The notes: generated by a model from the sequence alone, not told the origin. A DNA stretch of 64,000 nt from Pseudomonadota bacterium (GCA_041695325.1 JBGFRC010000029.1:4526-68525); one strand, 5' to 3'; positions 10,816 to 23,147 are shown, counted from the first letter of the stretch. Translations and numbers: made by a program.

Positions 10816-11916
10816 ATGTTCACTGAACTTGCCGCGCCCGGCGTGCGCCGGCTGCAACCCTATATCCCCGGCAAGCCCATCGCCGAACTGCAGCGCGAAT
10901 ACGGCGTGCGCGACATCATCAAGCTGGCCTCGAATGAAAACCCGCTCGGCCCCGGTCCGCGCGCGCTGGAGGCGGTGCGCGCGGCCCTGCCGGAGCTGGC
11001 GCGTTATCCCGACGGCGCGGGGTTTGAACTTAAAACTGCCCTGGCGCGCAAGCACGGCGTGGCCCCGGAGCAGATCACGCTCGGCAACGGCTCCAACGAT
11101 ATATTGGAGCTGATTGCGCGCGCCTTCGTCACGCCCGGACAGGAGGTAATTTTTTCCGAACACTCCTTCGCCGTGTATCCCATCGTGACGCAAGCAGTGG
11201 GCGCGACTGCGCGCGTCGCCCCGGCGCGCGATTTCGGCCATGACCTCGACGCCATGCGCGCTTTAATCGGCGAGCGCACGCGCGTGATCTTCATCGCCAA
11301 TCCCAACAACCCCACCGGCACCTGGCTGGACGATAAAAGTCTGGAAGTCTTCGTGTGCGCCGTGCCGCAACACGCGCTGGTGGTGATAGACGAGGCCTAT
11401 TATGACTACGCTACCCACGGCGATGAACGTTATCCCGATACGCTGCCGTGGGTCGCGCACCACCCCAATCTGATTGTCACGCGCACCTTTTCCAAGGCTT
11501 ACGGCCTGGCCGGCTTGCGCGCGGGATATTCCGTGTCGCATCCGGAGGTCGCGGATTTGCTGAATCGCGTGCGCCAGCCGTTCAACGTGAACTCGCTGGC
11601 GCAGGCAGCGGCGCTGGCCGCGCTGGAAGACAAGGAGCATCTCGCGCGCAGCGTGGCGTTGAACCGGTCCGGCATGGCGCAGCTCACACGCGGATTCACG
11701 CGCCTGCGCCTGAATTTCATCCCTTCTCTGGCCAATTTCATCAGCGTGGACCTGGAGCGCCCCGCGCAGCCGGTGTACGAAGGATTGCTGCGCGAAGGCG
11801 TGATTGTGCGCCCGGTGGCCAACTACGGTATGCCGCAGCATCTGCGCGTGACGATAGGCCTGCCTGAAGAGAATGCCCGTTTTCTGGCCGCCCTGGAAAA
11901 GGCCTTGGCGCAATGA
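10816..11916 (+). CDS. hisC: Histidinol-phosphate/aromatic aminotransferase
   Basis: KLASNENP, GNGS, NPNNPTG, DEAY, RTFSKAYGLAGLR; ATG 10816. Confidence 0.95.
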   Translation: MFTELAAPGVRRLQPYIPGKPIAELQREYGVRDIIKLASNENPLGPGPRALEAVRAALPELARYPDGAGFELKTALARKHGVAPEQITLGNGSNDILELIARAFVTPGQEVIFSEHSFAVYPIVTQAVGATARVAPARDFGHDLDAMRALIGERTRVIFIANPNNPTGTWLDDKSLEVFVCAVPQHALVVIDEAYYDYATHGDERYPDTLPWVAHHPNLIVTRTFSKAYGLAGLRAGYSVSHPEVADLLNRVRQPFNVNSLAQAAALAALEDKEHLARSVALNRSGMAQLTRGFTRLRLNFIPSLANFISVDLERPAQPVYEGLLREGVIVRPVANYGMPQHLRVTIGLPEENARFLAALEKALAQ

Positions 11917-12776
11917 TAAACAGGCTGGTCATCATCGGCGTGGGATTGATAGGCGGCTCGCTGGCGCGCGCGCTTAAGGCGGCCAAGGCGTGCCACGAGA
12001 TCGTCGGCTGCGATTGCTCCACCGCGCAATTGCAAAGGGCCGTGGCGCTGGGCGTGATAGACCGTTATGAGTCCGATCCCGCCCAAGCGGTGGCGGGCGC
12101 GGACATGATCGTGCTGGCCGTGCCGCCGGGCGCGATGCGTGACGTGCTGCGGCAGATTGCGCCCCGCGTTTCCGCCCGCGCCGTGATTACCGACGTCAGC
12201 GGCGCCAAGCAGAGCGTGATCGAAGACGCGCACGCGGCGTTCGGGAAGATTCCACGGAATTTCGTGCCCGGCCACCCCATCGCGGGCACGGAAAAAAGCG
12301 GCGTGGAGGCATCGCTCGCCGCGCTGTTCAAAGGTCAGCGCGTGATTCTGACGCCGCTGGCGGAAACCGATCCGCGCGCCGTGGCGCAGGTGCGCGCCCT
12401 GTGGCAAAGCGCCGGCGCCGAGGTAAGCGAAATGAGCGCCGAGCGGCACGACGAGGTGCTGGCGGTCACCAGTCATCTGCCGCACGTTTTGGCCTATGCG
12501 CTGATGGATAATCTGGCGCGGCTCGACGCCGGCGACGGCGGCGGGATTTTGAAAAATGCCGCCAGCGGCCTGCGTGATTTCACGCGCATCGCGGCGAGCG
12601 ACCCTTCGATGTGGCGCGACATCTGTCTGGCCAACCGCGATGCACTGCTCGCCGCGCTGCGAAACTATCAGGAGGAGCTTAAAGACATCGCCACCGCCGT
12701 TGCCGCGAGCGACGGCGCGGCGCTGGAAGCCATATTCACCCGCGCCAAGCGGGCGCGCGACGAGCGTTATCCATGA
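11913..12776 (+). CDS. tyrA: Prephenate/arogenate dehydrogenase
   Basis: GVGLIGGS, GHPIAGTEKSG, HD..LA..SHLPH, RDFTRIA. Confidence 0.93.
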   Translation: MINRLVIIGVGLIGGSLARALKAAKACHEIVGCDCSTAQLQRAVALGVIDRYESDPAQAVAGADMIVLAVPPGAMRDVLRQIAPRVSARAVITDVSGAKQSVIEDAHAAFGKIPRNFVPGHPIAGTEKSGVEASLAALFKGQRVILTPLAETDPRAVAQVRALWQSAGAEVSEMSAERHDEVLAVTSHLPHVLAYALMDNLARLDAGDGGGILKNAASGLRDFTRIAASDPSMWRDICLANRDALLAALRNYQEELKDIATAVAASDGAALEAIFTRAKRARDERYP

Positions 12777-14077
12777 GCATCACTTATCAAATCGCCCCCG
12801 GCGGCAAACTCGGCGGGCGCGTGCGCGTGCCGGGCGACAAGTCCATCTCGCACCGCTCCATCATGCTTGGCGCGCTGGCCGAGGGCGTCACCGACGTGAG
12901 CGGCTTCCTGGAAGGCGAAGACTGCCTGGCCACCCTTGAGGCGTTTCGCGTCATGGGCGTGAACATCGAGCGCCCGGAGCCGGGGCGCGTGATCATCCAC
13001 GGCGCGGGTCTGCGCGGTTTGCGCATCCCGCACAAGCCTCTGAACCTCGGCAATTCGGGTACCTCCATGCGCCTGCTGTGCGGCCTGCTCGCCGCTCAGC
13101 CGTTTTCCGCGACCTTGACGGGCGACGCCTCGCTCTCGCGCCGCCCCATGAAGCGCGTCATCGAGCCGTTGACGCGCATGGGGGCGCGCATCGAAGCCAG
13201 TCCAAACGGCACCGCCCCGCTTGTTATCCACGGCAACCCGGAGCTGCGCGGCATGGACTATGTGATGCCGGTGGCGAGCGCGCAGGTCAAATCCGCCTTG
13301 CTGCTGGCGGGCCTGTACGCGCAGGGACGCACTTGCGTGAGCGAGCCCGCGCCGACGCGCGACCACACCGAACGCATGTTGCAGGGCTTCGGCTGCCCGC
13401 TGGCGCGCCACGGCAATACGGTGTGCGTGCAGGGCGGCGGGAGGCTCCGCGCCATGCGCATCGTGGTGCCGGCGGATATTTCCTCCGCCGCATTCTTCAT
13501 GGTGGGCGCCAGCATCGCCGCGGGCTCGGACATCGTGCTGGAACACGTTGGCGTCAATCCGACCCGTACCGGCGTCATCAACATTCTGCGCCTGATGGGG
13601 GCGAATATTGAATTGTTGCATGAACGCAGGGCGGGCGGCGAGCCGGTAGCGGACGTGCGCGTTCGTGCCGCGCCGTTGCGCGGCGTCGTCATTCCGCTGG
13701 AGCAGGTGCCGCTCGCCATAGACGAGTTTCCCGCGCTGTTCATCGCCGCCGCGTCTGCCTCCGGCGAGACCGTGCTGCAAGGGGCAGAGGAGCTGCGCGT
13801 CAAGGAAAGCGACCGCATCCAGGTGATGGCGGACGGGCTCAACGCGCTCGGCGTCGCCGCGCGGCCCACCCCGGACGGCATGGCGATACAAGGCGGCGCG
13901 TTCTCCGGCGGGGAAGTGGACAGCCACGGCGATCATCGCATTGCCATGGCCTTCGCCATGGCTGGGTTGCGCGCCGGCGCGCCCGTCACGATACGCGACT
14001 GCGCCAACGTCAATACCTCTTTCCCCGGCTTTGTCGCGCTTGCGCGCAGCGCCGGTCTCGACATCCGGCAAAGTTGA
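12773..14077 (+). CDS. aroA: 3-phosphoshikimate 1-carboxyvinyltransferase
   Basis: [37 protein letters not shown]. Confidence 0.98.
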   Translation: MSITYQIAPGGKLGGRVRVPGDKSISHRSIMLGALAEGVTDVSGFLEGEDCLATLEAFRVMGVNIERPEPGRVIIHGAGLRGLRIPHKPLNLGNSGTSMRLLCGLLAAQPFSATLTGDASLSRRPMKRVIEPLTRMGARIEASPNGTAPLVIHGNPELRGMDYVMPVASAQVKSALLLAGLYAQGRTCVSEPAPTRDHTERMLQGFGCPLARHGNTVCVQGGGRLRAMRIVVPADISSAAFFMVGASIAAGSDIVLEHVGVNPTRTGVINILRLMGANIELLHERRAGGEPVADVRVRAAPLRGVVIPLEQVPLAIDEFPALFIAAASASGETVLQGAEELRVKESDRIQVMADGLNALGVAARPTPDGMAIQGGAFSGGEVDSHGDHRIAMAFAMAGLRAGAPVTIRDCANVNTSFPGFVALARSAGLDIRQS

Positions 14078-14078
14078 C

Positions 14079-14795
14079 ATGACGCGCGCGCCGGTGGTGG
14101 CCATAGACGGGCCGAGCGGGTCAGGCAAGGGCACCATCAGCCAACTGCTGGCTCAGCGTCTGGGCTGGCATTATCTGGACAGCGGCGCCCTGTACCGGTT
14201 GGTAGCGCTGGCCGCGCTCCGGCGCGGCGTGGCGCTGGATGACGCAGCCGGACTGAGCGCGCTGGCGCGGGCGCTGGAGGCGAGGTTCTCCTCCGACCCG
14301 GCGCAGGCGGACAAAATTTATCTGGAAGGCGCGGAGGTGAGCGAGGAGCTGCGCGGCGAGCGGTGCGGCAACGCCGCTTCCAGGGTGGCGGCGATCCCGG
14401 AGGTGCGCGCGGCGCTGCTGGAGCGGCAACGCGCGTTCCGCAAGCCGCCGGGATTGGTCGCCGACGGCCGCGACATGGGCACGGTGATCTTCCCCGACGC
14501 GACGCTCAAGATTTTCCTCACCGCGACCCCGGAGGAGCGCGCGCGCAGGCGTTATAAACAGTTGAAAGATAAGGGTCTCGATGCTAAGATATATGATCTT
14601 GTAAAGGATATTGCCGAGCGTGACGCGAGGGATAGCGCGCGCGCCGCAGCTCCCCTGAAATCGGCGCCGGACGCAGTGGCGCTGGACACCACCGACATGA
14701 GCATCGAGGCCGTGGTGGAACGGGTGTGGATGCTGTTGCGCGAGCGGTTTGGCGAGAGTTCGTGTGCGAATGAATTCGCACCTACAAAATTGTAG
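14079..14795 (+). CDS. cmk: Cytidylate kinase
   Basis: [26 protein letters not shown]; ATG 14079. Confidence 0.96.
   Translation: MTRAPVVAIDGPSGSGKGTISQLLAQRLGWHYLDSGALYRLVALAALRRGVALDDAAGLSALARALEARFSSDPAQADKIYLEGAEVSEELRGERCGNAASRVAAIPEVRAALLERQRAFRKPPGLVADGRDMGTVIFPDATLKIFLTATPEERARRRYKQLKDKGLDAKIYDLVKDIAERDARDSARAAAPLKSAPDAVALDTTDMSIEAVVERVWMLLRERFGESSCANEFAPTKL
14562..14590 (+). promoter_or_regulatory. Putative sigma70 promoter for rpsA inside cmk
   Basis: TTGAAA-N17-TAAGAT with extended -10 TG, in an AT-rich patch of cmk; E. coli has an rpsA promoter within cmk. Confidence 0.6.
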
Positions 14796-14811
14796 GGCCG
14801 AATTTATTCGG
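14764..14811. repeat. Pair of divergent GTAG-type REP palindromes overlapping the cmk 3' end
   Basis: Minus strand GTAGGTGCGAATTCATTCGCAC (14764-14785); plus strand GTAGGGCCGAATTTATTCGG (14792-14811). Confidence 0.75.
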
Positions 14812-14933
14812 TAACGTGTTTCAGGGTGGCGCGGTGTGTTGTTGGCGCAGCGCCGAATGTCAATATAGCCAGGTGATTCAGAGCTGCACGCGGCCGATGA
14901 CGGCGCCGTCAGCGGTCGAGGACAGGTTCAAGC

Positions 14934-16610
14934 ATGAGTGAAAATTTTGCGCGGTTGCTGGAAGAGAGCTTTGTCGGTAAGCGGATGCGCACCGGCTCCA
15001 TCGTCAGCGCCAGGGTAGTGCGCGTGGATCATGACGTCGTGGTGGTGGACGCTGGGCTCAAGTCCGAAGGGATGATTCCGGTCGAGCAGTTCTACAACGA
15101 GCAGGGCGCAATCGAGGTCAACGTGGGCGATCAGGTGGACGTCGCCCTGGATAATATAGAAGACGGTTTCGGGCTGACGCGCCTGTCGCGCGAGAAGGCC
15201 AAGCGCGATCAATCCTGGACGCGGCTGGAGCGGGTGTTTGAGGCCGGGGAAAAGATCAGCGGCCTGGTGAGCGGCCGCGTCAAAGGCGGCTTCACCGTGG
15301 AAATTGGCGACGTGCGCGCCTTCCTGCCCGGATCGCTCGCCGATGTACGTCCGGTGCGCGACGGCGCCCTGCTGGAGGGTAAGGAATTCGAATTCAAGAT
15401 CATCAAGCTCGACCGCAAGCGCAACAACGTCGTGGTGTCGCGGCGCGCGGCGATGGGCACGGAAACCAGCGCGGAACGCGCGGCGCTGCTGCAAAATCTG
15501 CAGGAGGGCGACGTGGTCAAGGGCGTGGTGAAAAATCTCACAGAGTACGGCGCCTTTGTTGACTTGGGCGGCATAGACGGTCTGTTGCACATCACCGACA
15601 TGGCGTGGAAGCGCATCAAGAGCCCGAGCGAGGTAGTCAAGGTCGGGGACGAGATCGAGGTCAAGGTGCTCAAGTTCGACAAGGAGCGCAACCGCGTTTC
15701 GCTCGGCCTGAAGCAGACCGGCGACGACCCCTGGGCCGACCTGGTGCGCCGTTATCCCGCCGGCACGCGGCTGTTCGGCAAGGTCACCAACATCGCCGAC
15801 TACGGCTGCTTCGTGGAGATCGAGGACGGCGTGGAAGGACTGGTGCACGTCTCGGAAATGGACTGGACCAACAAAAACGTGCATCCCTCCAAGCTGGTGC
15901 AGCTCGGCGACGAAGTCGAGGTAATGGTGCTCGAAATTGATGAAGAGCGGCGCCGCATCTCGCTTGGCATGAAGCAGTGCAAGCCCAACCCGTGGGAAGA
16001 GTTCGCCGCCACTCATAATAAGGGTGACAAGATTTCCGGCAAGATCAAATCCATCACCGACTTTGGCATCTTCGTCGGACTGGAGGGCGGCATAGATGGC
16101 CTGGTGCACCTGTCCGACATTTCCTGGTCGTTGCCCGGCGAAGAAGCGGTGCGTAACTACAAGAAGGGCGACGAGATCGAGGCCGTAATCCTCGCCGTGG
16201 ACCCGGAGCGCGAGCGCATCTCGCTCGGCGTCAAACAGCTTGAGCAGGACCCGGCCTCCAACTTCGTCGCCACCCATCCCAAGGGCAGCATTGTGAAGGG
16301 CGTGGTCAAGGAAGTGGACGCCAAGGGCGCCGTGGTGCAACTGGCGGGCGGCGTGGAAGGTTACCTGCGCGCTTCCGAGCTTTCCCAAGACCGCGTGGAA
16401 GACGCGCGCACCGTGCTCAAGGCGGGCGACGAGATCGAGGCCAAGTTCACCGGCATGGATCGCAAGAACCGCGGCATCACCCTGTCCATCAAGGCCAAGG
16501 ACAGCGAAGAGCACGCCGAGGCGGTGCAGGAATACGCTCAGCAGAGCGCCGCGCGCACCCCGACCTTGGGGGACATCCTCAAGCGGCACATGAAGAAAAA
16601 AGGCGAATAA
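14934..16610 (+). CDS. rpsA: 30S ribosomal protein S1
   Basis: Six S1 repeats ([22 protein letters not shown]), 558 aa, between cmk and ihfB. Confidence 0.99.
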   Translation: MSENFARLLEESFVGKRMRTGSIVSARVVRVDHDVVVVDAGLKSEGMIPVEQFYNEQGAIEVNVGDQVDVALDNIEDGFGLTRLSREKAKRDQSWTRLERVFEAGEKISGLVSGRVKGGFTVEIGDVRAFLPGSLADVRPVRDGALLEGKEFEFKIIKLDRKRNNVVVSRRAAMGTETSAERAALLQNLQEGDVVKGVVKNLTEYGAFVDLGGIDGLLHITDMAWKRIKSPSEVVKVGDEIEVKVLKFDKERNRVSLGLKQTGDDPWADLVRRYPAGTRLFGKVTNIADYGCFVEIEDGVEGLVHVSEMDWTNKNVHPSKLVQLGDEVEVMVLEIDEERRRISLGMKQCKPNPWEEFAATHNKGDKISGKIKSITDFGIFVGLEGGIDGLVHLSDISWSLPGEEAVRNYKKGDEIEAVILAVDPERERISLGVKQLEQDPASNFVATHPKGSIVKGVVKEVDAKGAVVQLAGGVEGYLRASELSQDRVEDARTVLKAGDEIEAKFTGMDRKNRGITLSIKAKDSEEHAEAVQEYAQQSAARTPTLGDILKRHMKKKGE

Positions 16611-16646
16611 TCCGCCGCGCGGGGAATCGTAAAATCCATGCACTCC

Positions 16647-16946
16647 ATGACCAAATCCGATCTCATCGAGGCGTTGTTCAACGCGCTGTCGCGCAAGCAG
16701 GCGCAACTGGCTCATAAGGATATCGAGCTGGCGGTGAAGACCATGCTGGAGCACATGGGGCAGGCGCTTGCCGAAGGCAAGCGCATCGAGATCCGCGGTT
16801 TCGGCAGTTTCTCGCTGCATTATCGCTCACCGCGCATCGGCAGGAATCCGAAAACCGGCGACGCCGTGACGCTGCCTGGCAAGTATGTGCCGCATTTCAA
16901 GCCGGGCAAGGAGTTGCGCGAGCGGGTGAACGCCGCGCAGAAATAG
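16647..16946 (+). CDS. ihfB: Integration host factor beta
   Basis: [33 protein letters not shown]. Confidence 0.96.
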   Translation: MTKSDLIEALFNALSRKQAQLAHKDIELAVKTMLEHMGQALAEGKRIEIRGFGSFSLHYRSPRIGRNPKTGDAVTLPGKYVPHFKPGKELRERVNAAQK

Positions 16947-16978
16947 ACTAGACGCGTCGCAAATAGAGGCTGAATAAG

Positions 16979-17008
16979 ACGGCATGGGACGACCCATGCC
17001 GTTTTTTT
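16979..17008 (+). terminator. Rho-independent terminator after ihfB
   Basis: ACGGCATGGG-ACGA-CCCATGCCGT followed by T-tract. Confidence 0.88.
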
Positions 17009-17119
17009 ATGCGTAAAAGATACGCCGGATGCGTCCTCGCGGCAACCGTATTATACTTAGCCCCGAAGGGGGTGAGTTGCGATCAACGGCGAACGCGGGA
17101 GCCTGAGTGCGGAGGTAAA

Positions 17120-17413
17120 ATGTTGCGTATTGTGCGTTCTGTGCTGTTTCTGGGCATTCTTTTAGCCAGCCTTGGCTTTGCGTTGATCAACGCCGAGATA
17201 GTACCGATTAATTACTATTTCGGCCGTTGGGAGGCACCGCTGTCTCTTACCCTGGTGATTGCCGCGGCTGCAGGGGCCCTGTTCGGCGTCATCTCTTGCC
17301 TGGGAACTATCTTCCGCTTGAAACGCGAGGTGAGCCGTCTAGGCAGGGCCGTGAAGCTCTCGGAAGCGGAAATCATGAATCTGCGCTCCATTCCCATCAA
17401 GGATAACCAATAG
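17120..17413 (+). CDS. lapA: Lipopolysaccharide assembly protein A
   Basis: GGAGG RBS before ATG 17120; two TM segments, FALIN...INYY; between ihfB and lapB. Confidence 0.85.
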   Translation: MLRIVRSVLFLGILLASLGFALINAEIVPINYYFGRWEAPLSLTLVIAAAAGALFGVISCLGTIFRLKREVSRLGRAVKLSEAEIMNLRSIPIKDNQ

Positions 17414-18579
17414 TGTGGACGCTGTTGCTGCTGCTCCTGCCAGTCGCCGCCGCCTCCGGCTGGTGGCTCGCCAAGCGCGACGGTGAGCGGCGAGCGGGGC
17501 GCAGCGGTTTTGAATTTTCCTCGCACTATTTCAAGGGACTCAATTATCTCCTCAACGAACAGCCGGACAAGGCGATTGAAGTGTTCATCCGCATGGTCGA
17601 GGTGGACAGCGAGACCGTCGAGACCCATCTTGCCCTGGGCAGCTTGTTCCGGCGTCGCGGCGAAGTGGACCGCGCGATTCGCATCCATCAGAACCTCATC
17701 GCCCGCCCCACGCTGAACCTGCAACAGCGCAGCCAGGCCTTGCTGGAGCTGGGCCAGGACTATATGCGCGCGGGACTGCTGGACCGCGCCGAGAGCCTGT
17801 TTCAGGAACTGATCGAGAAGGGTGAGCACGTGGTCAACGCCCTGCATCTGCTGCTCGACATTTACCAGCAGGAGAAAGACTGGCAGCAGGCGATAGCCAG
17901 CGCAAAAAAGTTGCAGGACATTTCCGGTGTCGACATGCGCGACAGGGTCGCGCAATATTACTGCGAGCTGGCCGAGCAGGCGCTGAGCGACCAGGACGGC
18001 GCGCAGGTGCAACGTTATCTCGCGTCTGCGCTGGATGCCGATGAACAGTGCGTCAGGGCCAGCCTGATTCAGGCGGACATGGCGCGCAAGACGGGAGACT
18101 ATAAAGCCGCGCTGTGCGCCTTGGGGCGCGTTGAAAAACAGGACAGCGACTTCCTGCCTGAAATCATCGAACCGTTGCGCGAGTGCCACGCCAAACTCGG
18201 CCGTGAAGCGGAGATGGCGGACTATCTGCGCCGCCTGTTCGACGAGCATAAAAACGTTTCACTGATGCTCGCGCTCGCCGATGCGCTGCGCGCGCAATAC
18301 GGCGACGCGCGGGCGGAAGATTTCATCACCGCGCAGCTCCGCAACCGTCCCTCGGTGCGCGGGCTTGATCGGCTGATCGAAATCAAGCTCTGTCACGCGG
18401 ACGCGGAGGTGCGCGACAGTCTGCTCATACTGAAAGACCTCACCAGCCAGCTCATGCACAACAAGCCGTTGTACAGCTGCACCCAGTGCGGTTTTACAGG
18501 CAAGGCGTTGCATTGGCAATGTCCGAGCTGCAAACGCTGGAACGCGATCAAGCCGCTGCAGGGTGTGGAAGGTGACTGA
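17413..18579 (+). CDS. lapB: Lipopolysaccharide assembly protein B
   Basis: N-terminal [18 protein letters not shown], TPRs, C-terminal CxxC...CPSC rubredoxin-like motif. Confidence 0.96.
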   Translation: MWTLLLLLLPVAAASGWWLAKRDGERRAGRSGFEFSSHYFKGLNYLLNEQPDKAIEVFIRMVEVDSETVETHLALGSLFRRRGEVDRAIRIHQNLIARPTLNLQQRSQALLELGQDYMRAGLLDRAESLFQELIEKGEHVVNALHLLLDIYQQEKDWQQAIASAKKLQDISGVDMRDRVAQYYCELAEQALSDQDGAQVQRYLASALDADEQCVRASLIQADMARKTGDYKAALCALGRVEKQDSDFLPEIIEPLRECHAKLGREAEMADYLRRLFDEHKNVSLMLALADALRAQYGDARAEDFITAQLRNRPSVRGLDRLIEIKLCHADAEVRDSLLILKDLTSQLMHNKPLYSCTQCGFTGKALHWQCPSCKRWNAIKPLQGVEGD

Positions 18580-18616
18580 CAACGTACAGGAATGTACTAG
18601 TGTCGCGGGAGGCAGG

Positions 18617-19342
18617 ATGCCGGGAGCGACTACGCGCGTTATCGTAGCGCTGGATTATCCTGATCCGCAGCAGGCGCTGCCGCTGCTGGAATCGCTCGAC
18701 GGCGCGCAGTGCAAGCTCAAGATCGGCAAGGAACTGTTTGTGCGCGGCGGACCGCGGTTCGTGCAGCAGGCGATAAAGCACGGTTTTGACGTATTTCTCG
18801 ATCTCAAATTCCATGATATCCCCAACACCGTGGCGCAAGCCTGCAACGCGGCGGCGGATTTGGGCGTGTGGATGACGAACGTGCACGCCCTGGGCGGAAA
18901 AAAGATGCTCGAAGCGGCGCGCAACGCGCTGGATAAAAGAGGCGGCTCCAGGCCCTTGCTGACGGCGGTGACCGTGCTTACCAGCCTGGACGCGCATGAC
19001 CTGCGCGAGATCGGTATGGCGGGCGCCGTTGAGGAAAATGTGTTGCGCCTGGCGCGGCTTGCGCGCGAGGCGGGTCTGGACGGCGTGGTGTGCTCGCCGC
19101 GCGAGAGCGCGTTGCTGCGCGGCGCGCTGGGCGCGGATTTTTGCCTGGTGACGCCGGGCATCAGGCCGGCGGACAGCGCGGTGGATGATCAGAAACGCAC
19201 GCTCACGCCAGCGCAGGCGCTGCGGGCCGGCGCGAGCTATCTGGTCATAGGCCGCCCCATTACCCGCGCCTCCGATCCCATGCAGGCGTTGCGCGCGATA
19301 CAGTCTGAAATTGCGCCGGCGCTCGCGCAGAAGGCCGAATGA
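18617..19342 (+). CDS. pyrF: Orotidine-5'-phosphate decarboxylase
   Basis: [29 protein letters not shown]. Confidence 0.96.
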   Translation: MPGATTRVIVALDYPDPQQALPLLESLDGAQCKLKIGKELFVRGGPRFVQQAIKHGFDVFLDLKFHDIPNTVAQACNAAADLGVWMTNVHALGGKKMLEAARNALDKRGGSRPLLTAVTVLTSLDAHDLREIGMAGAVEENVLRLARLAREAGLDGVVCSPRESALLRGALGADFCLVTPGIRPADSAVDDQKRTLTPAQALRAGASYLVIGRPITRASDPMQALRAIQSEIAPALAQKAE

Positions 19343-19371
19343 ATCCGGCCCTGCCTTGGGTATAAAACCGG

Positions 19372-20367
19372 ATGACCTTTGCCTTCATCACGTCCGTCAT
19401 GACGATGACAGGCGCGTTTGGCGTGGCGCTGCTGGCGACGCCGCTGGTGCGCCGCTTTGCCTTGCGTCACGCGATGCTGGACGTGCCGAATAAGCGCAGC
19501 GCCCATACCGTGCCGACGCCGCGCGGCGGCGGCATCGCCATTGCGCTGGCGTTTTTTTCGAGCCTTGTCCTGCTGCTGTGGTGGGACCTGCTGCCTCAAG
19601 CCGCGGGTCTGGCGCTGCTGGGCGGAGGCGTCCTGATTGCCGCCGTCGGCGCGTGGGATGATCGCCGTCATGTTGCGCCGCCGTGGCGTCTGCTGGCGCA
19701 CGTGCTGGCCGCGCTGTGGGCCTTGTTCTGGCTGGGTACGGAACTTTCTATGCCCCATGCGTCACTGGCGCTGCTGGGGATGGTCTGGCTCATCAATCTC
19801 TATAACTTCATGGACGGCATTGACGGCCTGGCGGGCGCGCAGGCGCTGTGCGCGGCGCTGGCGGGCGGCGTGCTGCTGGGGTTGAGCGGCGCGCCGGGTC
19901 TCGCGCTGGCGAGTTTCGCACTAGCCATGTCCAGCGCGGGGTTTCTGGTGTGGAACTGGCCGCCCGCCAAAATATTCATGGGGGACGCGGGCAGCGGCTT
20001 ATTGGGTTACAGCTTCGCGGTATTGGCGCTCGCCGGCGCTGAGGCCGGTGCGCTGTCCGCGCTCATCTGGCTGATACTGCTTGCGCCGTTCGTGCTGGAT
20101 GCTACACTGACCTTGCTTGCGCGCATGCTGCGCGGCGAGCGCTGGTATCAGGCGCACGCCACGCATCTGTATCAACGCGCGGTGCAGGCCGGCTACAGCC
20201 ACCAGCAGGTGACCCTGGCCGTGATACTGTTAAACATCACGCTGTTGTGGGGATTGACCGCCTGGCTGTGGCTATATGCGGAGCTTGCCGTCTATGTCCT
20301 GCTCGTCGCGGGTATTTTAGGGACGGCAACCTGGGCGTATTTGCAGAGCAGAATGACGACTAAATAA
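19372..20367 (+). CDS. Glycosyltransferase family 4 (WecA/WbpL-like undecaprenyl-phosphate sugar-1-P transferase)
   Basis: DVPNKRSAH..PTPRGGG, NLYNFMDGIDG, IFMGDAGS, multiple TM helices. Confidence 0.9.
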   Translation: MTFAFITSVMTMTGAFGVALLATPLVRRFALRHAMLDVPNKRSAHTVPTPRGGGIAIALAFFSSLVLLLWWDLLPQAAGLALLGGGVLIAAVGAWDDRRHVAPPWRLLAHVLAALWALFWLGTELSMPHASLALLGMVWLINLYNFMDGIDGLAGAQALCAALAGGVLLGLSGAPGLALASFALAMSSAGFLVWNWPPAKIFMGDAGSGLLGYSFAVLALAGAEAGALSALIWLILLAPFVLDATLTLLARMLRGERWYQAHATHLYQRAVQAGYSHQQVTLAVILLNITLLWGLTAWLWLYAELAVYVLLVAGILGTATWAYLQSRMTTK

Positions 20368-22245
20368 ATGGCGGGTTTGGCATCTACTGTGGTCACTCGC
20401 CGCGCGGCGGTGATACTGCATGATCTCATCATGGCGGCGCTCGCCTGGATGCTGGCCGTCTGGGCGCGCCATGATTTCTCCCTTATGCTGAATCAGTCCG
20501 GTCTGTTGCAGCTCGCCCCGTGGATAGTCGCCGCCCAGGGGGTGATATTATGGTGGACCGGCACCTATCGCGGTTTATGGCGCTTCGCCAGTGTCGCCGA
20601 CCTGTGGAACATCATGCGCAGCGCGCTGCTCGGCGTGCTGGCGATCGCGCTGGGTTTGTTCCTGTTCAACCGTCTGGAAGGCGTGCCGCGCGGGGTGCTG
20701 CTGCTTTATCCGGTGTTTCTGGTGATGCTGCTGGGCGCGCCGCGGCAAATGTATCGGCTGTGGAAAGACCACCGCGTTACCCTGTTCGACCGCGCGGAGC
20801 GCAAGCGCGTGCTGTTGCTCGGCGCCGGCAGGGGGGGCGAAGCGCTGGTGCGCGACATGCTGCACAGTGCGGAGTATCTTCCGGTGGGATTTCTGGACGA
20901 TAACCCGGAACTGAAGGGCGCGAAGATTCACGGCGTTCCTCTGCTGGGCACACTGGAGGAACTGCCCCACGTCGTGCGGCGCAAGGACGTGGACGTGATC
21001 GTGATCGCCATGCCATCGGCGACCAACGCGCAAATGCAGCGCGCCGTTTCGCTGTGCGAACAAACCGCCGTTCCGTTCCGGGCCCTGCCGCGCCTGCGCG
21101 ACCTGGTTTCCGGGCAATCCGCGTTGCAAGCGCTGAAAGAGGTGGCGCTGGAAGACCTGCTCAACCGCGAGACGGTGTCGCTGGACTGGCAAGCAATCCG
21201 AAACGGCTTGACGGGCAAAACCGTGCTCATCACCGGCGGCGGCGGCTCCATCGGCTCCGAACTGTGCCGCCAGGTGGCGCGTCTGGGGGTGAGCGCGCTG
21301 CTGATCTATGAGCGCAGCGAATTCAATCTCTACGGCATCGAGATGGAATTGCGCGAAAAATTCCCCAACCTTACTCTGCAAGCCTGCCTCGGCGACGTGT
21401 GCGACGCGAGCGCGGTGCGGCACCTGTTGCAGCGGCACCGGCCGGAGGTCATCTTCCACGCCGCGGCCTACAAGCACGTGCCGATGCTGGAGCATCAGGT
21501 GCGCGAGGCGGTGCGCAACAACGTGTTCGGCACCAAGACGTTGATTGAAGAAGCCGAGCGCTGCGGTTGCGCCACGTTCGTGCTGATCTCCACCGACAAG
21601 GCGGTCAATCCCACCAACGTCATGGGCGCCTCCAAGCGCATCGCCGAGATCTTCGCCCAGGCGCTGGGACGCCGCTCCACAATGCGCCTCATCACGGTGC
21701 GCTTCGGCAACGTGCTGGGCTCTGCGGGGAGCGTGGTGCCCTTGTTCCAGAAGCAGATTGCGGCGGGCGGGCCGGTCACGGTCACGCACCCGGAGATCAC
21801 CCGTTTCTTCATGACCACCCCCGAAGCCTGCCAGCTCATCATGCAGGCTTCGGTGATCGGCAAGGGCGGGGAAATCTACGTGCTCGACATGGGCAAGCCG
21901 GTGTCCATCGCCTATCTCGCGCAGCAGATGATCCGCCTGTCGGGCAAGATTCCGGGCAAGGACGTTAAAATCGTCTACACCGGCCTGCGCCCGGGTGAAA
22001 AGCTGTACGAGGAACTGTTTCATGAGCAGGAAAAGCTCACGCCCACCTCGCATCCCAAGATATTGTTCGCCCAATGCCGCGACTATGACTGGCAATCGTT
22101 GTATGAGCATCTGGAGGAGCTTGGCGCGGCCTGCGATGACTATGACGAGCCGCGCCTGCGCATGTTGGTCAAGCGCATGGTGCCGGAGCTTGATGAAGCG
22201 CCGGACGGCCGGCCCTCCAACATCGTTCCCCTGGCCCGCACATGA
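20368..22245 (+). CDS. Membrane-bound UDP-GlcNAc 4,6-dehydratase (WbpM/CapD/PglF family)
   Basis: N-terminal TMs, [42 protein letters not shown]. Confidence 0.93.
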   Translation: MAGLASTVVTRRAAVILHDLIMAALAWMLAVWARHDFSLMLNQSGLLQLAPWIVAAQGVILWWTGTYRGLWRFASVADLWNIMRSALLGVLAIALGLFLFNRLEGVPRGVLLLYPVFLVMLLGAPRQMYRLWKDHRVTLFDRAERKRVLLLGAGRGGEALVRDMLHSAEYLPVGFLDDNPELKGAKIHGVPLLGTLEELPHVVRRKDVDVIVIAMPSATNAQMQRAVSLCEQTAVPFRALPRLRDLVSGQSALQALKEVALEDLLNRETVSLDWQAIRNGLTGKTVLITGGGGSIGSELCRQVARLGVSALLIYERSEFNLYGIEMELREKFPNLTLQACLGDVCDASAVRHLLQRHRPEVIFHAAAYKHVPMLEHQVREAVRNNVFGTKTLIEEAERCGCATFVLISTDKAVNPTNVMGASKRIAEIFAQALGRRSTMRLITVRFGNVLGSAGSVVPLFQKQIAAGGPVTVTHPEITRFFMTTPEACQLIMQASVIGKGGEIYVLDMGKPVSIAYLAQQMIRLSGKIPGKDVKIVYTGLRPGEKLYEELFHEQEKLTPTSHPKILFAQCRDYDWQSLYEHLEELGAACDDYDEPRLRMLVKRMVPELDEAPDGRPSNIVPLART

Positions 22246-23147
22246 CGCCGTTACGTAAAGCTGTGTTTCCGGTGGCGGGCCTCGGCACGCGCTTTCTGCC
22301 CGCAACCAAGGCCAGCCCCAAGGAAATGTTGCCGGTGGTGGACAAGCCGCTGATCCAGTACGCGGTAGAAGAGGCGGTGAGCGCCGGCGTCACGGAGATG
22401 ATCTTCGTCACCAGCAGCAACAAGCGCGCCATCGAGGATCATTTCGACCGTTCATTCGAGCTGGAGTATGAGCTGGAGCGGCGCGGGCGTTTGGCGCTGC
22501 TCGCCGAGGTGCGCGGCATACTGCCCAAGGGCGTGTCGTGCGCCTATATCCGCCAGCCCGAAGCGCTGGGTCTGGGACATGCGGTATTGTGCGCCAGGGA
22601 CCTCATCAAGGACGAACCCTTTGCGGTGATACTGGCCGATGACTTGATTCATGATGGCGGGCGCGGCTGCCTGGCGCAAATGGTTGCGCTTTACGAACTG
22701 CACCGGTGCAGCCTGCTTGCGGTGGAGGAGATCGCGCGCAGCGATGCCGGCAAGTACGGTATCGTGGACAGTGTGACCTGGCAGGGCGGGCTGCGCCGCG
22801 TCACGGCTCTGGTGGAAAAGCCGGCGCCGGAACACGCGCCGTCCACGCTCGCCGTGGTGGGGCGCTACATCCTCACGCCGCGCATCTTCGATTTGATCGG
22901 CGTGAGGGCTACGGCCGCGCATGGCGAGATTCAACTGACCGACGCCATCGCCGCTCTGCTTGAGCAGGAAACCGTGCTGGCCTATCCATTCACGGGCAAG
23001 CGCTACGATTGCGGCAGCAAGCTGGGCTACCTTCAGGCCACGGTGGAATACGCCCTGCGCCATCCGGAACTGGGCCGGCCGTTCAGATCATATCTGGATG
23101 AACGTCATGCCCGTGATGACGCCGCGTCACGGCGTAAGACCCGTTAA
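22242..23147 (+). CDS. galU: UTP-glucose-1-phosphate uridylyltransferase
   Basis: [36 protein letters not shown]. Confidence 0.96.
   Translation: MTPLRKAVFPVAGLGTRFLPATKASPKEMLPVVDKPLIQYAVEEAVSAGVTEMIFVTSSNKRAIEDHFDRSFELEYELERRGRLALLAEVRGILPKGVSCAYIRQPEALGLGHAVLCARDLIKDEPFAVILADDLIHDGGRGCLAQMVALYELHRCSLLAVEEIARSDAGKYGIVDSVTWQGGLRRVTALVEKPAPEHAPSTLAVVGRYILTPRIFDLIGVRATAAHGEIQLTDAIAALLEQETVLAYPFTGKRYDCGSKLGYLQATVEYALRHPELGRPFRSYLDERHARDDAASRRKTR

Noticed and set aside
14928-16820. Long antisense ORFs over rpsA, and similarly 7277-8839, 20575-22305, 36641-38431 and 61002-63386
   Set aside because: Codon-bias shadows of recognised genes in high-GC DNA; no recognisable motifs
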